Positions 13,001-23,500 of a stretch of 64,000 nucleotides of DNA are shown here, piece by piece. Numbering within the stretch: the stretch's first letter is position 1; the number at the start of each line of letters is the position of its first letter. Origin of the DNA: Oikopleura dioica (Eukaryota > Animalia > Chordata); the NCBI GenBank assembly GCA_907165135.1, contig OU015569.1, positions 11,036,001 to 11,100,000 on the forward strand. The letters are read 5' to 3'. The position numbers were made by a program, and so were the translations under genes. The notes beneath the pieces are model-generated. The model saw nothing but the letters and a program-made list of their open reading frames with translations, made no database searches and had not been told where the DNA came from.

Positions 13001-16000
13001 ATGGACATCTTTCAGGGATCAGATAGCTTTATAACTGGTACCGTGGGCGAGAGATTTCACGACGGAGGGCGAAATAGATTGGGGCATTTGCGCGTGTTTT
13101 TCTCGTCCCAATCTTTTTGCTCTTTTGGCGCGCATCTTGTGGGTCCTCCGCGAAGAACCACAACAACCCCCCGTCTAGAAACATTTTTCACAATTCACCT
13201 CTCTCAATAACTGACCTAAGAAACTTCTTCTTCCTTCAATTATTATAACTTTGATTTTGTTTTAATAATAATGAATAAACTTAATAATAATAATTTGTAA
13301 ATAATAATAAAAGGAAATCTTTAGATTGAAAAAATATATTCAAAACCATAACATAATTGAAAACTTTGTCAATTTGAATTTTAAAAACGATGGGTGTGGG
13401 CGGGGTTGGGGACTGAGATTGATCACCTCAGAGTTCCCAGCCATTGTCAAGCCCCTTAAATTTAAAAATCATGGAACGGGGCTGAAACGGCCCGAAGGGC
13501 CGTCAAGCCCCTTAAATTTAAAAATCATGGAACGGGGCTGAAACGGCCCGAAGGGCCGTCAAGCCCCTTAAATTTAAAAATCATGGAACGGGGCTGAAAC
13601 GGCCCGAAGGGCCGTCAAGCCCCTTAAATTTAAAAATCATGGAACGGGGCTGAAACGGCCCGAAGGGCCGTCAAGCCCTTAAATTTAAAAATCATGGAAC
13701 GGGGCTGAAACGGCCCGAAGGGCCGTCAAGCCCCTTAAATTTAAAAATCATGGAACGGGGCTGAAACGGCCCGAAGGGCCGTCAAGCCCCTTAAATTTAA
13801 AAATCATGGAACGGGGCTGAAACGGCCCGAAGGGCCGTCAAGCCCCTTAAATTTAAAAATCATGGAACGGGGCTGAAACGGCCCGAAGGGCCGTCAAGCC
13901 CTTAAATTTAAAAATCATGGAACGGGGCTGAAACGGCCCGAAGGGCCGTCAAGCCCTTAAATTTAAAAATCATGGAACGGGGCTGAAACGGCCCGAAGGG
14001 CCGTCAAGCCCCTTAAATTTAAAAATCATGGAACGGGGCTGAAACGGCCCGAAGGGCCGTCAAGCCCCTTAAATTTAAAAATCATGGAACGGGGCTGAAA
14101 CGGCCCGAAGGGCCGTCAAGCCCCTTAAATTTAAAAATCATGGAACGGGGCTGAAACGGCCCGAAGGGCCGTCAAGCCCCTTAAATTTAAAATCATGGAA
14201 CGGGGCTGAAACGGCCCGAAGGGCCGTCAAGCCCCTTAAATTTAAAAATCATGGAACGGGGCTGAAACGGCCCGAAGGGCCGTCAAGCCCCTTAAATTTA
14301 AAAATCATGGAACGGGGCTGAAACGGCCCGAAGGGCCGTCAAGCCCTTAAATTTAAAAATCATGGAACGGGGCTGAAACGGCCCGAAGGGCCGTCAAGCC
14401 CCTTAAATTTAAAAATCATGGAACGGGGCTGAAACGGCCCGAAGGGCCGTCAAGCCCTTAAATTTAAAAATCATGGAACGGGGCTGAAACGGCCCGAAGG
14501 GCCGTCAAGCCCCTTAAATTTAAAAATCATGGAACGGGGCTGAAACGGCCCGAAGGGCCGTCAAGCCCCTTAAATTTAAAAATCATGGAACGGGGCTGAA
14601 ACGGCCCGAAGGGCCGTCAAGCCCCTTAAATTTAAAAATCATGGAACGGGGCTGAAACGGCCCGAAGGGCCGTCAAGCCCCTTAAATTTAAAAATCATGG
14701 AACGGGGCTGAAACGGCCCGAAGGGCCGTCAAGCCCCTTAAATTTAAAAATCATGGAACGGGGCTGAAACGGCCCGAAGGGCCGTCAAGCCCTTAAATTT
14801 AAAAATCATGGAACGGGGCTGAAACGGCCCGAAGGGCCGTCAAGCCCCTTAAATTTAAAAATCATGGAACGGGGCTGAAACGGCCCGAAGGGCCGTCAAG
14901 CCCCTTAAATTTAAAAATCATGGAACGGGGCTGAAACGGCCCGAAGGGCCGTCAAGCCCCTTAAATTTAAAAATCATGGAACGGGGCTGAAACGGCCCGA
15001 AGGGCCGTCAAGCCCCTTAAATTTAAAAATCATGGAACGGGGCTGAAACGGCCCGAAGGGCCGTCAAGCCCTTAAATTTAAAAATCATGGAACGGGGCTG
15101 AAACGGCCCGAAGGGCCGTCAAGCCCCTTAAATTTAAAAATCATGGAACGGGGCTGAAACGGCCCGAAGGGCCGTCAAGCCCCTTAAATTTAAAAATCAT
15201 GGAACGGGGCTGAATTTTAAGGGTCTTCCATGAAGGCCGGTCTTCCACCAGAAAAGGTCCTCCAGGGGTCCTCCAAGAGTCACATGATCAAGATTTTTCA
15301 AAATTATTATCTATTTATTAGTTAAAGATTAATTTATCTTAAATAGCCTAGGTTAGACCTTTCTTCCATCAATGGGGTCTTCCACCAGATAAAAGTCCTC
15401 CATCAGCCATGGGAAAATACTTGAATGTGCGCGAAATATTCAAAACCCCGGCCCGGGCCCTCAGACTCCGTCGTGATATCTCTCGCCCACGGTATTCTAT
15501 GGATTCTATAGATACGTGTGTACTCTCAGTTAAAAAATATCGATCCGTTCCTTGGTCGTTGAGAATATATCTGACAATTTTACCATCAGCATGGCTGGAC
15601 ATGATTCCAGAGCCCCGACTATTCGCAGTCAACGACATCGTGAAACTGTTGACATTGTAGACTGTCGAACTCTTTCCAGAGCGCATGTTTCCCATTCTGA
15701 TTTTTCCTTCCGAAAGACCGAAGAAAATCGCGTCCTGCTGCGGCCAAATGAGGCATGTAACGGAGGAAGTGACGATGAACTTAGTCGAAATGGACTTTTT
15801 GTCGCCCCAGTTGTTGCCGATTTTGTAGACGAAGACGACGTTGTCCGATTGTGCAATCGCCAATCTACTGCTATCTGGAGCAAAGGCGATTCCAGTGATG
15901 ACGTAGCTTTTCTTTCCATATTTACTGTCGACCGGTTTCGTCGAGAACTTATCGCGCTTTTCGCCAGCTTCGTCGAAGAAATAAACAGATCGCTCAAGAC

Positions 16001-16105
16001 AAACTGCAAGTCTCATATTGTCCGGGCTGAAGGCCAGTGCCGAGACCTTGTTGATCCCCCGCTAGGGACGGATTCTATCAACGATTGTAGATAGCGCAAA
16101 TGCAT
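4075..16105 (-). CDS. IFT172: Intraflagellar transport protein 172 (WD40 + TPR-like repeats), multi-exon
   Basis: Exons align along the whole IFT172 sequence: MHLRYLQSL; RDKFSTKPVDSKYGKKSYVITGIAFAPD; YSQWVPGSDVVVAQNRN; LWAKSLGGESAVKLL; WNKAKKVAKEMEP; DTEIPLE; end at 4075. One-base frameshift in the C5 run at 16056-16060. Confidence 0.97.
8331..10510 (+). CDS. LIMS1: PINCH/LIMS five-LIM-domain adaptor, nested antisense in an IFT172 intron
   Basis: Spliced translation: [95 protein letters not shown]. This matches PINCH LIM1-5 and its diagnostic C-terminus ([22 protein letters not shown]). Confidence 0.92.
13041..15492. mobile_element. Non-autonomous TIR DNA transposon (TA target-site duplication, Tc1/mariner-pogo style) inside an IFT172 intron
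   Basis: 27-bp terminal inverted repeats, CCGTGGGCGAGAGATTTCACGACGGAG (13041-13067) versus 15466-15492, with 1 mismatch. TA immediately outside both ends. No transposase ORF inside. Confidence 0.85.
13446..15214. repeat. Tandem array of a 56-bp unit, about 32 copies (31 complete + 1 partial)
   Basis: Unit AAGCCCCTTAAATTTAAAAATCATGGAACGGGGCTGAAACGGCCCGAAGGGCCGTC starts at 13449, 13505, 13561 ... 15177. The only variation seen is homopolymer length (CCC/CCCC, AAAA/AAAAA). No spacers. Confidence 0.99.
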
Positions 16106-16309
16106 TGCTATCTAAAGAATTTAACAAATTAAGGGGGCAGGGGTCGTTAACCAGAAAAACCTTCTCTACTCTTTCCTTCCAGGGAAGAAAATGGTAAAGA
16201 ACGATTTTGGGTTTGCAACGAGAAATAGAAAGTTATTTTTTATCGAACTCCGATTATTTAAAATTTGAAATAAATAGTGAACTAGAAGGAGAGTTTCGTT
16301 TTTGTTTGT

Positions 16310-16733
16310 TCAAGGGTGGAAAAGAACGCAGCAGCAGACAGAAGCTTCCATAATGGCAAAGGCGAGAAGCCAGACTGCGTAGATGCCGTTGATGTACTGC
16401 TGGATCCACATGCAGCTCAACTCACCCCAAAGCAACATGGCGAACATGTCGGCCGAAACGAAGAACATTGGGAAAAGAACCAACAAGGCACCCAGCGATC
16501 GTCGAGGAGCAACCTGAATTGAAAGGTTTAGGCTAAATCCTTTAGTCCAGAATCTACGATAGAATTGAGCTCTTACATCTCTCAAAGCCTTTCTCGTAAC
16601 AGTAAACCTTGCTCAAAATATGGAGAAAGTACCGTACCTTTGTGACTGGCTTGGTAAGGAGGGTTCGCGCGGAAATGTTCTGCTGAACCGGGCGAACAGC
16701 GAGTCTTCGAACTGGAGCTGCCAAACGATTCAT
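16310..16733 (-). CDS. Small (about 99 aa) two-exon membrane protein with a mitochondrial-presequence-like N-terminus; function unknown
   Basis: tttcag precedes the ATG. Exon 1 is MNRLAAPVRRLAVRPVQQNISARTLLTKPVTK (Arg-rich, no acidic residues). A GT-AG intron follows. Exon 2 has two hydrophobic segments and ends VCCCVLFHP*. Confidence 0.55.
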
Positions 16734-16989
16734 TTTCTGAAAGATACATTTTATATGTGTTATGTTTGAAAGGCTCTAAGATTCAGAAGGCTTCAAGATT
16801 TATTTTTCTTAGAATCAAATAATAATTCCATTTCCACGTAAGCATACAAAGGCAACAGTCATTTTTCTATAGAAGGTAACAGTGAGTACCAGTCATCTGG
16901 TCTTAAAAGTTTTTGATTTTTTTCTATTTGACTCATTTTATAATATTTATAAAAGTTATAACTAGTAAAATAGCATTTCTTCTATTTTC

Positions 16990-17150
16990 TCTAAGCCCCG
17001 GAGGCTAGAATTTCTCCATTTCGAAAAAAGGCTTTCTTGATTCAGCGCGGCTGTGGCCAATCACGCTCCGCCATTTCATTTCTCTCCGCTAATTTTCCTC
17101 GAAAAGACAAAATGTCCATTCATTAGTGATTTTTATTGAAAAGGGAAGAA
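16990..17150. promoter_or_regulatory. Putative bidirectional promoter between the small membrane-protein gene and DHDDS
   Basis: Head-to-head start codons 420 bp apart. GC-rich patch with GGCCAATC (CCAAT box) and CCGCCATTT (YY1-like) near 17055-17075. Confidence 0.3.
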
Positions 17151-17152
17151 AA

Positions 17153-18803
17153 ATGCTGCCACAAGAGAAAGAAATACGCCCGTCATGGATTGGCCGCCTC
17201 ATGTCCTGGATTTTGAGGTTTGCGTTTTCTACTTTGGGGTTGCCCTCAGGCGCGTTTCTAGATAATCGCTAGTGCTTTTGTAAAAAATTTGTCCTCGGAT
17301 TAGTTTTAGAGAGAGAAAGAGAGTTTTATCTTATCAGCTAAAATGAAGTGTTTTGAACTAAAATTAAGGACTTCCAATCGATAAATTTAGCGCCCTTTAC
17401 TGCCTACGAAAATTATCCTTTGGGGTGTCCTTAAGAACTTGGGGTTCACGCTGACTTCTGCCGAATCAACCATTTATTCATTTATCGTTTTTCCATTGAG
17501 AAAATCGCCGTAAAAAGACACTGTAAATCAATGGTGGTCTTAAATTGAGTATCCTCCGTAGGAACTCTGTAGGAGCTAACACTAATTCGACCTCACTGCC
17601 AAGTGAAGACACTCCTTTATCATTATCAATATCATTTACGACAGTTATCATTGAATCTACTGCCAATACGGGTACAGAAATAACAATGTACAGAGCCTCA
17701 AAAACTAAATTAACCTTACCTAAACAACTTCAAGGCTAATCCATATGCTGCCATTTTGTTCATGTCTGTAACTGTTGAATTGTAGAGCAGGAGAAATACC
17801 TCATCATGTCGCTTTCATCATGGACGGAAATCGCCGCTTCGCACGAAGATCAGGAGAAGCACCCATTCATGGACACAAACAAGTGAGCTAAACTTCTAGA
17901 ATTTCACCTTCCATTTCTAAAATTTCCAGGGTTTTTCAAAGTTGGCGGAAGTTCTGTCCTGGTGCGAAATGCTCGAGATTCCTGAAGTGACTGTTTATGC
18001 CTTTTCTGCTGATAACTTCAAGCGGCCACAAGCTGAGGTCGACGGCCTCATGAGTTTGGCAAGAGAGAAGTTTCATCAGCTTCTATCTGAACAAGCGAAG
18101 CTCAAAGAAAAAGGTGTCAGGAAAGGGTCCGAATCCTTCTATTTTGAATGCTAAAAAGAGGAATTCTCTTTGTTGATTTCATTTCCACATTTTCCTTTCT
18201 GAACGAATAAGGACCCATTGAAAAGAATACGAATGATTGGGGAAATCGACCTTCTTCCTTCCGATGTAAGGCAACCTGCAGCAGAGCTTGAACAGAAAAC
18301 GCGCGACAACAAGACCTACACCCTTAATATTTGCATCGCTTACACTAGGTACAATATCACAAACTGAGTCTGCCTTCAATTTTTCCTCAGTCGTTTGGAA
18401 TGCGTCAACGCTGCGAAAAAGCTACTAGCAGCGTCTGAAAGTTCCAAGGGACTGGCAATAGATGAACAACTCGTATCGAAGTCGATGTACTTGTCTTCCC
18501 CGCCGCAGCTGCTGATAAGAACTTCTGGAGAAGCTCGACTGTCCGATTTTCTTCTATTCCAGGTACTTTTTTCAATTCCAATTACACAACTCAAATTTTT
18601 TTAAGTGCCAAAAAGCGCAAATCTGCTTCGTGAAGCCGTTCTGGCCAGACTTCTCGCTCTACGATTTCCTCGGCTGTCTGCTCAAGTATCAGAAGGTGGA
18701 CCCAAGATCATCTTACGAAGAACCCCTTTCTGCGAAACAAGAAAGCTACCTGCGCAAGCTAGAAGAATCAAGAGCAAAACAACTGCAGTCTTATTTAAAG
18801 TAA
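17153..18803 (+). CDS. DHDDS: Dehydrodolichyl diphosphate synthase catalytic subunit (cis-prenyltransferase)
   Basis: [50 protein letters not shown] and [18 protein letters not shown] are all cis-prenyltransferase signature motifs. Confidence 0.93.
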
Positions 18804-19133
18804 ACTTGATTTCGATTAATCCTAGCCTTTAGAAATTTCCCTTAGACGAATTTACCATTAGCTTCCTCATTCTTACCACGCGTTTTACAGGTTCAATTCA
18901 TAATTATTCAAAGTGCAATTCTCCCTCCCTTTCACACTGTATAAAATAATGACAGTAAATAAATATGTAAATAAAACACTCCTATGCTCGTCTATGAAAT
19001 GCAGATGCGATGAAAAGTTGGACACACAAAAAGTTGTTAATGAATAAACACTAACAATTTGTTAGTAAAAGAATATTTTTATAAAATTTATTCGACATGT
19101 AGTTGCAAGCCTTGCACTACATACCTTTATCTA

Positions 19134-19317
19134 GGCCTCGGACATAAAAAATCAACTCCTACAAAGCGCTTAGGTACCACATTTATTCTCTATCGAGGTC
19201 GTAGAGTAGGTCTGGACAACCCCGAAAACCGAAAAAATCTAGATAAAAAATAATTCGACAGAGAACAAAAATGAGACCTAAGCGCTTTGACGGAGTTGAT
19301 TTTTTACGTCCGAGGCC
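19134..19317. mobile_element. 184-bp MITE with about 62-bp imperfect TIRs flanked by TA
   Basis: The left arm GGCCTCGGACATAAAAAATCAACTCCTACAAAGCGCTTAGGT... is the reverse complement of the right arm ...ACCTAAGCGCTTTGACGGAGTTGATTTTTTACGTCCGAGGCC. TA on both sides. Confidence 0.8.
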
Positions 19318-20527
19318 TACCTAGATTAGAACGTGTTGTTGGATGGCTCGTGAATGGCAGCAAGCTCATGGACAGTGACGGCGGACCGATCTTCTGTTGT
19401 CTGAGAGGGGTCCGAGGCATGGCAGTTCGAACGGTTCTCGTGGCATTCTTGTAGCTGATTTTGGCTCTTATTGAGGCGTTAAGCTCTGATCAAAAAATCA
19501 AACAGCCGATCCTTGAGGTAAAAGAGCTCATTGAATCGCGATGTGTTATGTTGAGCAGTGCGGGAGTTTGCAGATCCTGTGACCTGACCGACCGAGATCC
19601 TTCGCATCGACATTACTGAACTTAGAACACGTTATCTAGAATTTTGATGAAAGATGCTACTAGAAAGATCCGATCATAACTAAGCACGTGATCATTGCCG
19701 TTTCGATCGACAGTAACTACTGTAAGTTCTTTCTTGATTCCGACACCCATTCTAAAAATAAAAAGTTATCTCTTCTGAAAAAAAAAAACCTAAATCGCAA
19801 TCTGCCGATTTTCCGAAGGAAATTTTATTGGCTGTTCTTAAAATTTTGAGACCGTGACTCATAAAAAATAAATAAAACATTATTGCATTGAAATCTACAT
19901 AAATATATATTCACGAAACGTGTCGGTAGAAAAAAATGCAACAATCTTAATACTTGAAGAAAGGCCTGCTCAGAAATTGCGATTATCGCAAGTTATTAAC
20001 TGATATCTACTTGAAAGAGTCGATCTTGCAGAGGAGACTTTTGAGGGTCAGAATTGGTGATCAGTGGCTGCTCTGAAGAAGCTCAGGCTCTGAAAGGTGA
20101 GGAAGTCATCGCTGATTATAAAAGAATTCAAATTTATGCCAATTTAGATGTGTTAGGGGTCATTAGATCTTGGTTATAATTTGTAAATAGCAAGACTTCG
20201 TTTAAATTGCCGATTCGATAATTAATATTGAACTAAAATGTAATTCGGAGAAGTAAATTTTTTACTCCCTTCGAAGATGACGGCAACCATCTGGTGTTAT
20301 ATAACTGCTAGCTGCGAGTGTGCGCTCGTTTTAAAAGCGACTCGACCGAAATCGATTTTGTTTTCTTTCTCTAAGCAAGGGCCGGCGTCTTCGAAAAAAA
20401 GGGAGGGATGGATTGACCAAAAAATTTGTCTCCTGCCTTTTTTGCTGCGTTTTTCAGCAGAATTTCCAATCCAATTTTTCGACAAGAGAGAGTCAAAGAA
20501 GAACAGAAAGAAGAAGGTTGAGGTCTT

Positions 20528-23500
20528 ATGCTTCAGAGATATGAGCAGCTGAGCAGCCAGAACCAGAATGGAACAGTGCAGAACGAGCTCATGGCAACTC
20601 ACTCTTTGGCCAACACGGTTGAGAACAATCCAGGACAGAGCAGCCAAGTGCGCGTTTATTTAGGAAAAGGGGGCAATTTTCAGAATTTTACAAGCCTAAA
20701 ATTTGTTCCTTTATTTTTTCGACAACATCTTCTTCAATCAAATTGCCCCAAAAAAGCACGATACGACTACAATCCCTACGATGGACCAAACAATTGCCCA
20801 GAACTTGAGCTTTTTCTTTCAGCAGGTAAGACTTGAAATCAACAAGGAGATCCCCATATTTTTCTTCAAGAAATTAATATTAGAGTATGTTCCAAGAAAG
20901 ACTAATTTTATATTATTCCAAGTGCCTTTTTTTGTGCAAGCTGACTAAATGCTCAAGTTGGACAGATTTTAATTTGAACGAGTCCAAAATCACTAATTAG
21001 GCGTATTCGTATTCGGCGCTTTCTTGGCCGCGTTGGTATTATGAGAATGTATGGCATTAAAATTGATCTTTTGCTTGCAAGGATGCGATATATACCCGAG
21101 TAGGCCTTATAAGCTGCTGGGCGAGCTGCGTGCTTGTATTTATTATTAATTTGCTCTACTTTGTTTCTTAGCTTTCTGCTCCTTTAATCTCGCCTAATAT
21201 CGGCCTTGCTAATATTCCCTACTAGTTAAAGTCTGGCCAAGTAATAACTCAGTAATCAGCCGCCGATGCTTTATTTTTTCTTTCTTTCTTTGGCAGCAAT
21301 TAAAAGAAGCGCTTGAATAAAATACTCAGAAACACCCGCTTTATAAATAATTTAGTCTTCTAATAATTTAAGGCGAGTATGTCTACGTCTCCGGGAGCGC
21401 GGACCAAGACGGTTTCTACTTCGGCGAAACCACAGACGGACGAAGGGGACTCGTTCCTGGCAACTACCTCGAACTCGTGCCAAATCTAGCCGCTCCTCCT
21501 TACCGAACGGCCACAGCAGAAGTCGCTAATGGAAAAACCAACCTTACCGTGCCACATACGGACAGTCTGAACAGAGTCGGTACCGGAATTGAATCGCCAG
21601 TCTCCAAAGCCTTTGAGCTCTTCGAACTTGACGGAAAGGTTGTTAAAGGCATTAAGAATTTGCGCATTCTGATTACGATTTCTAGGCGATAGTTCCTTTT
21701 CCAAGGCAAATAAGAGTCGATAAAAAACTACAGCATTCATTGCTCATCAGTTGGGTTGCTCCGAAACTTTCTGGAGAAGAAAATGTCATAGGTATGCACA
21801 AAGCTCAGTTTGAAAATCATAGTTTGAATCACTTTTTTCTCAATATCAATTTATCATTTTAGAGTACCGAATCGACGTTAACGAGCAATTAAAAACCATT
21901 GTGGATGGAGAAAAATCCTCCGCCGTGGTTGAAAACATCCACGACTCTGGAACGTATCGTATTTCTGTTTCAGCTGTTCTCGCTGAAGGCGTCAGGTAGC
22001 ATCCAAACAGAAGGTGTCGAGTCTACAATTTTCTAGCTCTGATCCAATTCGCTGCACGTTACTGTATGGAACGGATGTAGCAGAACGAGCCGCACCGGTT
22101 TTACTCAGATTGGAAGCCGTCAACTCCTCCAGTTGTGTAATGTCCTGGCTGCCAGTAAACTCAAATTTTCGGTAAGCCACCACATGGCCGTATTGATACG
22201 CAATGCTAACCCTTGTTTTATCCTCTGAGATTCATTTTCGTCAGCTCATTTCTCGGATAAATCAATAAAGACGGAGACCTGCGTCAAATTAACAGTGATT
22301 CGTTTCACAGCTCCACATTATTAAAATCGCCTTAGCGCGAGTTTACTCTGTTACTTCTTCGCGAAATTTGCATGTCGCAATGTTTAGCCACCGAGTTTCT
22401 GTCAATGGAGTGGAGCGCGAAACACTGCCCGCCGGTTTCTACAGGACGCGGCTGACTAATCTGGAGCCGGACAGGTAAGAGGCTCTTGGACTAAAAGATG
22501 GGCTTAATCCACGACCACAATAAGGCAATATGTGATGATGGTGGAGCCGGTCGGCACTGACGTCAACCAGCAATCAAGCAGCACTTCTTCAGCAGGCGGG
22601 CAACTTGCCACGCTCAAGGTTCGCACTCGCCCGCCAGGACCGCCAGACCCGCCACAGAGCCCCGTCATTGAAGAGGACCAGATTAACCAGAAAAACGTTC
22701 TTATAAGGTAATCTCCCGTATTTTTTCGTACAAGCTTATTTTTATTTTTTAAACTAAGATGGTTGCCTGTGACATTGACAGGGACGTCAAATGGGACGCC
22801 AATCCGCGGCTATGCGGTCTATCAGAATGGAAAGATGCTCGATGAAGTGGTGAATCCGTCGGGAGACAGGATCAGTGTCCTCCGCAGCCAGATCAAGCCC
22901 GGATCAAAGATTACTGTCAGGACTATTACTGTCGACGGGGAGATGAGCATCGACTCCGGCCTCGCCAAACCCTACTCTGAATGTGCTTCCGTCACTCCTC
23001 CAAACTCCAAGATGAATTTGCCAGGAACAATGGCCGGCGCGTCCCATCATCCGAGCTTAAATCATCCCGGTGCAACTGCAGCCCAAAGGCTGATAGGTCC
23101 CAATTCCGCGCCTTTGTCCATCCAAGGAAGCAGTTCTTATTCGATAAAAGTGTTAAATGCATATATAAATCTCGGTTTTCTAGCAATAGAGAATGGTTTC
23201 TACGAGAAACCATGTACATGTAGTTCTGAGATTAATTAAAGCCCCGTCCATCTGTTAATTGGCGGATCATGTCAGAACTGTATTGAGGAGGCCTCCCAGC
23301 GGGCTTCAACGACTCCCTAGGCAGCAGCTACTTTGCGAACGGGGTGCTAATTGGCCAACATCGCCCAGATTACGGAAAGAGGCAATTAATCAATTTGAGT
23401 AGGAAGAGTCCTTTAGCACCCCAAAGTGGCACCCGATCACTCTCGGCGAGACCCTCTTCAGAGCCGTACCACCCCATCAAACTACTTGTCATGGTCAAGG

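Noticed and set aside
13446-15214. CRISPR-like appearance of a palindromic short repeat array
   Set aside because: Units are directly adjacent with no unique spacers, there are no cas genes, and the context is a eukaryotic intron; it is a satellite.
15369-15540. Apparent C-terminal extension of the first IFT172 ORF (RYFLTESTHV...GGRPH*)
   Set aside because: Read-through into the intron and the right end of the TIR element; homology resumes at about 13010. The exact donor (GT near 15520 or a GA donor near 15550) could not be fixed.
17364-17434. TTAA-GGAC...GTCC-TTAA mini element (Kolobok-like ends) in a DHDDS intron
   Set aside because: Only a 4-bp inverted repeat inside the TTAA pair, too little to distinguish from chance.
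19330-20110. Possible spliced minus-strand gene between DHDDS and RIMBP2
   Set aside because: Coding-like composition and a downstream AATAAA exist, but several incompatible exon chains can be drawn and none gives a recognisable protein.
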